The translations under genes were made by a program, and so were the position numbers. This document shows, piece after piece, positions 47,746 to 55,391 of a DNA stretch of 64,000 bases. Position 1 is the stretch's first letter. Each line of letters begins with the position of its first letter. Source of the stretch: Bacteroidales bacterium (GTDB taxonomy: Bacteria; Bacteroidota; Bacteroidia; Bacteroidales; UBA12077); assembly GCA_022360575.1 (NCBI GenBank), contig JAKSCO010000347.1, forward strand, positions 8,786 to 72,785, read 5' to 3'. A model generated the notes under the pieces. It was not told where the DNA came from. It ran no database searches and saw only the letters and a program-made list of their open reading frames with translations.

Positions 47746-48903
47746 TTAATTAAATATTTCAGAAAGTTTAGCTTCTAAGAAATCTCCTCTTAAATCTTTC
47801 GCTATAATTTTCCCTTTTTTGTCTAAAAGAAAATTTGCAGGAATTTTTTGCACATTGTATTTTTTTGCTGCTTTTGAATCCCAAAAAAGCAAATCACTAA
47901 CCTGCAACCAAGGTAGTTGATCTTTTTCTATAGCCTTAATCCATGATTTCTTTGTGCGATCTAAAGAGATTTGAAAAACCTCAAAACCTTTTGCTTTATA
48001 CTTATCGTAAACTTGCATCAAAAACTTATTTTCAGAACAACAAGGATCACTCCATGATGCCCAAAAATCAACCAACACGTATTTCCCTCTTAAAGCACTT
48101 AACACCAATGTATCTCCTTTAGGATTTGGTAACTTTATATCAGGAGCAACAACACCCACATTTAACACCTCTGTCTCTTGATCCTTTTTTGATTCTTGAA
48201 ATTGAACTATCTGCGAATGCAATTTTCTTACAGCATCTGACTTTGGATACTGACGACTTAAAGATGTGTCGATTAAATTAAAATATTCAAAATCATTCTT
48301 TAAAGTTAAAACATATCTACGAGGAGCTATTTGCTGATACAAGGCCATTAATCCTGCTAAAGAATTGGAATTTCGTTTTACAAACCTTTTCGAAAAATCA
48401 GTATGAGTTTTAATGATATTTTCAGAAACAACATTTAAAGAATCTTTTACTTTATAATATCTTCTTTTTCCTATTTGAGATTTATAGAATCGAGCCAATG
48501 AATCTAATTGTTTAATGCTATTTTCGAGTTGATGTCTTAAGTATAATATTTCTTTACTCGCCTTAGAACCCTCGATTTTTGCATTCTTCCACAAATTATT
48601 TATATGTGTCTCAACTTGAATACGATCTAAATTATCAATAATAAGTGTTAGATAGTTGTTATTGCCTGCCTTTAATGAATAAAATTTAGGAATATCTGTT
48701 TGTCCTTTAAATAAGAAATCTCCTGTATCATCAAGAATAGTCGAATCCAAAACATTAATCCCATTTGATTTTAATTCAATCAAGTATATTTTCTCTCCGT
48801 TAGCATCCTTTATTTTTCCTGAAACGATGAAACACTCAGGTTCTTCTGTTTGACATGCATAAAAGGAAATAACTATAAATAATAAGCTTAATACTTTTCT
48901 CAT
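47746..48903 (-). CDS. TlpA/AhpC-like thioredoxin-fold lipoprotein with an atypical SDPCC active-site region
   Basis: 385 aa. The lipobox-like segment is ISFYACQT. The thioredoxin-fold segment is GKYVLVDFWASWSDPCCSEN...KGFEVFQISLD...IPANFLLDKKG. It is a paralog of 46539..47687. Confidence 0.8.
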   Translation of the reverse strand: MRKVLSLLFIVISFYACQTEEPECFIVSGKIKDANGEKIYLIELKSNGINVLDSTILDDTGDFLFKGQTDIPKFYSLKAGNNNYLTLIIDNLDRIQVETHINNLWKNAKIEGSKASKEILYLRHQLENSIKQLDSLARFYKSQIGKRRYYKVKDSLNVVSENIIKTHTDFSKRFVKRNSNSLAGLMALYQQIAPRRYVLTLKNDFEYFNLIDTSLSRQYPKSDAVRKLHSQIVQFQESKKDQETEVLNVGVVAPDIKLPNPKGDTLVLSALRGKYVLVDFWASWSDPCCSENKFLMQVYDKYKAKGFEVFQISLDRTKKSWIKAIEKDQLPWLQVSDLLFWDSKAAKKYNVQKIPANFLLDKKGKIIAKDLRGDFLEAKLSEIFN

Positions 48904-49075
48904 TTATTTACGATTTATGATCTGTTTTTATAAGTTCTCTTATCTATTCTTCAAACTCAAAACTTTCTGAGGTCAAAATTAGCTTTATTTTACGAAAATT
49001 CAATAAAGTAATTTTGTTATTTGGTTTAATAACAAAGAGCTATATTAACCAGTTGTAGATTTATTTTGGTTAACA

Positions 49076-50065
49076 ATGATTTATAAATTTGTAGTTATTT
49101 TCATATTTTTGTGCATTAAATTTAAAATTGTGCAAGTACATACCAATCTAAATAATTTTAAAGTAGAAACACCTGTTCTTACAATAGGAGTTTTTGATGG
49201 AGTTCACTTAGGACACATCAGTATTTTAGAACGTTTAAAAGAAATAACGAAGAAATACAATGGAGAGTCAGTAATATTAACCCTTTGGCCACATCCACGT
49301 ATTGTTTTAAACAAGGATATAGAATCACTTCGTTTGCTTAGTAATATCGAAGAAAAAAAACAACTGTTATCAAAAACAGGAATAGATCATTTGATAATAC
49401 TCCCTTTTACCAAAGAATTTTCAAAATTAACAGCTTGTGAATTTATTGAAGAATTTCTGGTAAAGAAGATAAATGTTAAGCATTTAATAATAGGATACAA
49501 TCATCAATTTGGGAAAAACCGAGAAGCAGGATATGATTCATTAAACAATTGTGCTTCAAAATATGGATTCTCAATAGAAAGGCTTGAAGCAAAATCTATA
49601 AATGATGATAATATAAGTTCTACTAAAATTAGAAATTTCTTAAATCAAGGAGATATCAACAAAGCAAACAAATATCTTGGATACGAATATTTTATCAAAG
49701 GGAATGTTGTAGAAGGCAATCGGATCGGTCGTAAAATGGGTTTTCCTACAGCAAATATCAAAATCCCAGAAGCTTATAAACAAATCCCGGCAAATGGGGT
49801 ATATGCTGTAAAGGCGATATTAAACAATAACTTATATTATGGAATGCTAAATATAGGAACTCGTCCTACGCTACAACTTGAATTACAAACTCACAACATA
49901 GAAGTCCATATTTTTGATTTTAACAAAAAAATTTACAATGAAGAGATAACAATTCGTTTTGTAACTAAAATAAGAGATGAAAAAAAATTTTCGAACATAG
50001 AAGAACTTTCAATGCAACTGGAAAAAGATCAACAAAAAATCAAAGAATTATTTTCAAAAAAATAA
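49076..50065 (+). CDS. ribF: Bifunctional riboflavin kinase / FMN adenylyltransferase
   Basis: 329 aa from the ATG at 49076. An in-frame GTG at 49130 would remove a hydrophobic 18-aa leader that looks non-native. Motifs are IGVFDGVHLGH, GYNHQFG, GNRIGRKMGFPTAN and EVHIFDF. Confidence 0.88.
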   Translation: MIYKFVVIFIFLCIKFKIVQVHTNLNNFKVETPVLTIGVFDGVHLGHISILERLKEITKKYNGESVILTLWPHPRIVLNKDIESLRLLSNIEEKKQLLSKTGIDHLIILPFTKEFSKLTACEFIEEFLVKKINVKHLIIGYNHQFGKNREAGYDSLNNCASKYGFSIERLEAKSINDDNISSTKIRNFLNQGDINKANKYLGYEYFIKGNVVEGNRIGRKMGFPTANIKIPEAYKQIPANGVYAVKAILNNNLYYGMLNIGTRPTLQLELQTHNIEVHIFDFNKKIYNEEITIRFVTKIRDEKKFSNIEELSMQLEKDQQKIKELFSKK

Positions 50066-50131
50066 ATTAATCTTAATTAAAACTGTAGTTTTGAATTCTG
50101 TTTTTAAGAAATTAATAAAAATATATAGATC

Positions 50132-51553
50132 ATGCACATTAAAGAACAAGTAGCAAATATCCCATACAAAGTAAAAGATATCAACTTAGCCGAATGGGGT
50201 CGCAAAGAGATTGAAATTGGAGAAAAAGAAATGCCAGGTTTAATGGCTTTACGTTTGAAATACGGAAAAGAAAAACCATTAAAAGGAGCTCGAATCATGG
50301 GATCTCTACACATGACTATTCAAACTGCTGTTTTGATTGAAACTCTAGTTGAATTGGGAGCTGATGTACGTTGGGCTAGTTGTAATATTTTTTCGACACA
50401 AGATCATGCTGCTGCAGCTATAGCCAAAGCAGGAGTTCCTGTTTTTGCTTGGAAAGGAGAAACATTAGAAGAATATTGGTGGTGTACAGAACAGGCTCTA
50501 ACTTTCCCAGGAGATAAAGGTCCGAATATTATTGTAGATGATGGAGGTGATGCTTCTATGATGATACACTTGGGATACAAAGCCGAAGATGATTCATCGT
50601 TTCTAAATAATGAACCTACAGCTATCGACGAAAAAGAACTATTTAAAAGTTTAAGAAATACTCTTGCATCGAATCCAGACAAATGGCATCGAATGGTAAA
50701 AGAAATTCGAGGGGTTTCTGAAGAAACAACAACAGGAGTTCATCGACTATATCAAATGATGGAAAGAGGAGAACTTTTATTTCCGGCTATAAACGTAAAT
50801 GATTCTGTAACCAAGTCAAAATTTGACAATTTATATGGATGTAGAGAATCGTTAGCGGATGGAATAAAAAGAGCTACAGATGTTATGCTTGCAGGGAAAG
50901 TTGTTGTTGTTTGTGGATATGGAGATGTTGGTAAAGGATCAGCAAAATCAATGCGTTCTTATGGAGCAAGAGTTATTGTAACAGAAATTGATCCTATTTG
51001 TGCTCTACAAGCAGCCATGGAAGGATTTGAAGTAAAACCAATAGAAGAAGCTCTTGATGAAGGAAATGTTTTTGTAACAACAACTGGGAACAAGGATGTT
51101 ATTACAGCAAAACACATGACAAAAATGAAGGATCAAGCTATTGTTTGTAACATTGGTCATTTTGATAATGAAATTCAAGTTGACCAGCTAGAGAAACTAG
51201 AAGGTGTTAAGAAGATAAACATAAAACCCCAAGTTGATAAATATGTTTTCCCTGATGGACATGCAATATTTTTATTAGCTGAAGGTCGTTTAGTGAATTT
51301 AGGTTGTGCTACAGGACACCCTTCATTTGTAATGAGTAACTCATTTACAAATCAAATCTTAGCCCAACTGGAACTTTGGAAGAATGACTATAAAACAGAT
51401 GTTTATCGATTACCTAAACACTTAGACGAAGAAGTTGCTCGATTGCATTTAGAACAAATAGGGGTTAAGCTAACAAAATTATCTCAAGAGCAAGCTGACT
51501 ATATTGGCGTTCCTGTAGAAGGGCCATACAAAGCAGATCATTACAGATACTAG
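50132..51553 (+). CDS. ahcY: Adenosylhomocysteinase
   Basis: 473 aa. Motifs are [51 protein letters not shown] and NIGHFDNEI. Confidence 0.95.
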   Translation: MHIKEQVANIPYKVKDINLAEWGRKEIEIGEKEMPGLMALRLKYGKEKPLKGARIMGSLHMTIQTAVLIETLVELGADVRWASCNIFSTQDHAAAAIAKAGVPVFAWKGETLEEYWWCTEQALTFPGDKGPNIIVDDGGDASMMIHLGYKAEDDSSFLNNEPTAIDEKELFKSLRNTLASNPDKWHRMVKEIRGVSEETTTGVHRLYQMMERGELLFPAINVNDSVTKSKFDNLYGCRESLADGIKRATDVMLAGKVVVVCGYGDVGKGSAKSMRSYGARVIVTEIDPICALQAAMEGFEVKPIEEALDEGNVFVTTTGNKDVITAKHMTKMKDQAIVCNIGHFDNEIQVDQLEKLEGVKKINIKPQVDKYVFPDGHAIFLLAEGRLVNLGCATGHPSFVMSNSFTNQILAQLELWKNDYKTDVYRLPKHLDEEVARLHLEQIGVKLTKLSQEQADYIGVPVEGPYKADHYRY

Positions 51554-51568
51554 AAAATAATATTTTCA

Positions 51569-51604
51569 TAAAACCTTCCTGATATACTGGAAGGTTTTAT
51601 TTTA
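51569..51604. terminator. Bidirectional rho-independent terminator between convergent genes
   Basis: The stem is aaaaccttcc (51570-51579) / ggaaggtttt (51589-51598) with a 9-nt loop and A/T runs on both sides. Confidence 0.8.
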
Positions 51605-51606
51605 TC

Positions 51607-52062
51607 TTAATTACGCACTGTCACAAAATCACTTCCATCGAAAGAACAAGCATATTGCTTTAGAGGTGTATTTGCTGGTCCTTGAAAAATTGATCCAGGC
51701 TCGACTTGATTATTGGGAGTCATATAAAACATCGACTTGCAACACGGACATTTAAAAACTCCACTAAATTCACTATCACTCAAGATACAATCATTACCTC
51801 CTTCGTAAGTACATGCACGATCGAATGCCTGAAATACGTTAAAATCTCTACGATAAATAATTAAGCCTCCAAGCCCATAACCATTAATTGTTTTATATTG
51901 TCCGACGAGCAGGTTGCTTAAGTCAGAACTTAACGAAAATGTTACATGAACTGGCACATATGGGAATACTGTTTTTTCCTTATCGCAACTCATAAAAGAT
52001 AATATTAAGATTAATACAAGAAAAAACCTTAATTTTGATTTAATAAAAATATTCTTCTTCAT
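51607..52062 (-). CDS. Small exported lipoprotein with a Rieske-fold-like Cys-rich C-terminal half (His ligands absent)
   Basis: 151 aa. The lipobox is SFMSCDKE. The segment AFDRACTYEGGNDC...FKCPCCKSMFYM...GPANTPLKQY follows the spacing of a Rieske CxH...CxxH domain, but with Y and C where the His residues would be. Confidence 0.5.
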   Translation of the reverse strand: MKKNIFIKSKLRFFLVLILILSFMSCDKEKTVFPYVPVHVTFSLSSDLSNLLVGQYKTINGYGLGGLIIYRRDFNVFQAFDRACTYEGGNDCILSDSEFSGVFKCPCCKSMFYMTPNNQVEPGSIFQGPANTPLKQYACSFDGSDFVTVRN

Positions 52063-52093
52063 AACATAATTTTACAAAGCAAAAATAGAATAA

Positions 52094-52546
52094 ATGTTTT
52101 ACAAGTTTAAATATACGCTTTTTGTAATTTCTTGTTTACTCTGTCTTAGCTGCTGTCAGACCAGATGGGTTACTACTTGTCCACGTAAACCTAAATTATC
52201 AAGAGAAGAAAGAAAGGCTCAAAGAGAGGAAAGAAGGGAAAAAGAAGAATATTATAAACAAAGGCAAATTGATGCAGAAAAAGCATATAGCAAACAACCC
52301 AGAACTTCGAAAAATACTTGGGATACTAATAAAAACCGATCGGAAGCTTGGCTTGAAAAATCATTTCCTGAAAAGACATTTAAAGAAAAAGTAATTCAAT
52401 TTTTCCACAGGTTTAAACGAGAACCTAAACCTAACAATGGTTTAGCATCGAGGAGAGAAATAAAAAAACGAAAAAGAAGAAATAAGAATATATTTCGTCG
52501 TATATTTAAACGCAATAAAAAAAGAAGAAAAAATGGATCTCGATAA
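52094..52546 (+). CDS. Very basic Lys/Arg-rich small lipoprotein (hypothetical)
   Basis: 150 aa. The lipobox-like segment is LLCLSCCQT. The C-terminal tail is REIKKRKRRNKNIFRRIFKRNKKRRKNGSR. Confidence 0.45.
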   Translation: MFYKFKYTLFVISCLLCLSCCQTRWVTTCPRKPKLSREERKAQREERREKEEYYKQRQIDAEKAYSKQPRTSKNTWDTNKNRSEAWLEKSFPEKTFKEKVIQFFHRFKREPKPNNGLASRREIKKRKRRNKNIFRRIFKRNKKRRKNGSR

Positions 52547-52964
52547 TTTATTATACATCATTTTGATGATTGTTGCTTTTGTTGTATCAGTGGTACGAAA
52601 AAACAAAAAAGCACAAAATCGTCCTCGAATAATCCACAAAGATAATGCAGAATCACGAAAAACCCCTTTTCAGAGCTTTAATATAGAACAAATATTAAAC
52701 GAAGAACAAGATTTATTAGATGATGAAAATTTAAATACAGAAAAAGAAATGGAACAAGGAACGAATTCGGAAATTTTAGATACAGTTCCGAAATACACTA
52801 AAGAGAGAGAAATTTTATCCAATATAGAAAATCAAGATATATCAAAAGGAAATGACAGTTTCGCGGAAAAAGATATTCCGAAATCGAAATTAACAAAAGA
52901 AAAAGAGTTTGATCTAAGGGAAGCTATTATCTACTCAGAAATTCTTAAAAGAAAAGAATTCTAA
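52533..52964 (+). CDS. Single-pass membrane protein with an acidic tail (hypothetical)
   Basis: 143 aa. The TM helix is LLYIILMIVAFVVSVV. The acidic middle ends in FDLREAIIYSEILKRKEF. It overlaps the upstream ORF by 14 nt. Confidence 0.5.
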   Translation: MDLDNLLYIILMIVAFVVSVVRKNKKAQNRPRIIHKDNAESRKTPFQSFNIEQILNEEQDLLDDENLNTEKEMEQGTNSEILDTVPKYTKEREILSNIENQDISKGNDSFAEKDIPKSKLTKEKEFDLREAIIYSEILKRKEF

Positions 52965-53037
52965 ATAAACCCTTTGTTAATTTGCAATAGATTACCCAAA
53001 TAAGATTTCAGATTTGGAGAGTTTATAAAAAAAATTG

Positions 53038-53045
53038 TAAATTTG
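53038..53045 (+). promoter_or_regulatory. Candidate Bacteroidota -7 promoter box (TAnnTTTG)
   Basis: TAAATTTG lies 89 nt upstream of the greA ATG. This is a motif match only. Confidence 0.25.
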
Positions 53046-53133
53046 TATTATATATAAAAAGGGTTCTGGAGTTGTTCGGAATTCTTTTTTATTTTATTAC
53101 ATACGCTAAGACATTAATTTAAAAATTATTAAA

Positions 53134-53607
53134 ATGGCAAATGTTTCTTATGTTACAGAACAAGGATTAGAGAAACTAAAAAAAGAATTAGAGCAATTAG
53201 AAACAATCGAAAGGCCTAAAATATCACAACAAATTGCAGAGGCCAGAGATAAAGGAGATTTGTCTGAGAATGCTGAATATGATGCAGCAAAAGAGGCTCA
53301 AGGCTTGCTCGAATTAAAAATTAGTAAATTAAAGGATACTATCGCTAATTCTAGAATACTTGATCAATCGAAGTTAGACACTTCATCTGTTCAAATTTTG
53401 AATAAAGTCAAGATAAAGAATAAAAAAAACGGAGCTATAATGGAATACACTTTAGTATCTGACAGTGAAGCCAATCTTAAAGAGATGAAAATGTCTATTA
53501 ACACTCCTATTGCTAAAGGTCTTTTAGGGAAAAAAGTAGGTGACATTGTAGAAGTTGAAGTTCCAAATGGGAAAGTTGAGTTTGAAATAATTGAAATCTC
53601 ATTATAA
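53134..53607 (+). CDS. greA: Transcription elongation factor GreA
   Basis: 157 aa. Motifs are YVTEQGLEKLKKELEQL, AEARDKGDLSENAEYDAAKEAQ and INTPIAKGLLGKKVGD. Confidence 0.93.
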   Translation: MANVSYVTEQGLEKLKKELEQLETIERPKISQQIAEARDKGDLSENAEYDAAKEAQGLLELKISKLKDTIANSRILDQSKLDTSSVQILNKVKIKNKKNGAIMEYTLVSDSEANLKEMKMSINTPIAKGLLGKKVGDIVEVEVPNGKVEFEIIEISL

Positions 53608-53619
53608 ATAAAAATTATT

Positions 53620-54015
53620 ATGGCTTCGATTTTCACAAAAATTGTTAATGGCGAAATTCCTTCTTATAAAATAGCCGAAGATGAAAATTACTATGCTTTT
53701 TTAGATATTTCGCCTTTGGCTAAAGGTCATACCTTAGTTATTCCTAAGCAAGAAATTGATTACTTATTTGATTTAGATGATGAAGTATTAGCTGGGCTTA
53801 ATGTTTTTGCAAAACGTGTAGCCAAATCAATCGATAAAGTAATTCCATGCAAAAGAGTTGGAGTTGTTGTTTTGGGCTTAGAAGTTCCTCATGCTCATAT
53901 TCATTTAATTCCTTTAAGCAACGAATCTGATGCAAATTTTTCTAAACCTAAATTAACTTTATCTAACGAAGAATTTGAGGAAATTGCAGAAAAAATAAGT
54001 TCTGCATTTGAATAA
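53620..54015 (+). CDS. HIT-family (histidine triad) nucleotide-binding protein
   Basis: 131 aa. Motifs are IFTKIVNGEIPSYKIAEDENYYAFLDISP, KGHTLVIPK and the triad HAHIHLIP. Confidence 0.9.
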   Translation: MASIFTKIVNGEIPSYKIAEDENYYAFLDISPLAKGHTLVIPKQEIDYLFDLDDEVLAGLNVFAKRVAKSIDKVIPCKRVGVVVLGLEVPHAHIHLIPLSNESDANFSKPKLTLSNEEFEEIAEKISSAFE

Positions 54016-54142
54016 CAAACTTTTGAGTTGTTTGAAAAGACTTTAAGAATAATACTCTCTCATTTATTTTATTATATCATAAAATGAGAGAAGATTTCTT
54101 ATATTACATTTTATAGTTCTACTTTCAATATTTTCTGGATAT

Positions 54143-54170
54143 AAAAAAGACTGTCTTCGAAAAGACAGCC
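54143..54170 (-). terminator. Rho-independent terminator on the minus strand (downstream of asd)
   Basis: The stem is ctgtctt (54151-54157) / aagacag (54162-54168) with the loop cgaa. The aaaaaa on the plus side becomes a U-run on the minus transcript. Confidence 0.6.
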
Positions 54171-54193
54171 TATTTATATTGTATTTTTTATAT

Positions 54194-55183
54194 TTAAATT
54201 AAATCGTTCGACACTAAATACTCGGCAATTTGGATTGCGTTTGTAGCAGCTCCTTTTCTTAAATTATCAGCAACAATCCACATATCTAAGCTATTTGGCT
54301 GAGATATATCTCTTCTAATTCGTCCTACAAAAACATCATCTTTATCTTTTGCAAATTTAGGCATAGGATAAATATTTTCGCTCGGATTATCTTGTACAAC
54401 AATTCCTTTTGACTGACTTAGTATTTGTCTTACTTCATCTAAATTAAAATCATTCTCGAATTCAACATTAACAGACTCCGAATGTCCTCCGTAAACAGGC
54501 ACACGAACAACCGTCGCTGTAATGTTAATTCTCTCATCACTAAGGATTTTCCTGGTTTCATTTACCAGTTTTGTTTCTTCGCTAGTATATCCACCTTCCT
54601 CAAAGTCGCCTCCATGAGGTAAACAATTTAAATCAATTGGATGAGGATAAGCCATGTCACCACTAATTCCTTTACGTTCGTTTTCTAGTTGACTTACAGC
54701 CTTTACCCCAGTCCCTGTAACTGATTGGTAAGTTGACACAACTAATCGTTTTATTTTATATTTATTGTGCAATGGAGCTAAAGCCATTACCATTTGTATG
54801 GTCGAACAGTTGGGGTTTGCAATAATTTTATCGTTTCTTGTAAGTAAATTCGCATTTATCTCAGGAACGATTAACTTTTTATCTTTAAACATTCGCCATG
54901 CCGATGAGTTATCGATTACGGTAGTTCCTACTTTTGCAAATTCGGGTGCCCACTGTAATGATGTTGCACCTCCTGCCGAAAAGATTGCAATATGAGGACG
55001 TAACGAAATAGCCTGTTTTATTCCAATAACTTCAAGTTCTGTTTTACCAAAAGCAACTTTTTTCCCTATCGATTTTTCTGAAGCAACAGCAAATATTTCA
55101 GTAAAAGAAAAATTTCGTTCATTTAATAATTTCAACATTCCTGAACCAACCAAACCAGTGGCTCCAACAACAGCTATTTTCAT
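54194..55183 (-). CDS. asd: Aspartate-semialdehyde dehydrogenase
   Basis: 329 aa. Motifs are MKIAVVGATGLVG, the active-site context IIANPNCSTIQ, and YQSVTGTG. Confidence 0.93.
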   Translation of the reverse strand: MKIAVVGATGLVGSGMLKLLNERNFSFTEIFAVASEKSIGKKVAFGKTELEVIGIKQAISLRPHIAIFSAGGATSLQWAPEFAKVGTTVIDNSSAWRMFKDKKLIVPEINANLLTRNDKIIANPNCSTIQMVMALAPLHNKYKIKRLVVSTYQSVTGTGVKAVSQLENERKGISGDMAYPHPIDLNCLPHGGDFEEGGYTSEETKLVNETRKILSDERINITATVVRVPVYGGHSESVNVEFENDFNLDEVRQILSQSKGIVVQDNPSENIYPMPKFAKDKDDVFVGRIRRDISQPNSLDMWIVADNLRKGAATNAIQIAEYLVSNDLI

Positions 55184-55391
55184 TTGTTTATAATTTTATG
55201 ATCTTATTCTCAATTATGTTTATTATATTCAATGAATATTTTTAAATAACTAATAATACAATCTATTTTTAAAAAAAGGCTCAAATCATATAAATGTAAT
55301 AATATGTGTTTCAATTATATGACACAACAATTCATTCTACATTTAAATATTCTAAGTATTCTTCAAAAATAAATATTTAATCGAAATACTC

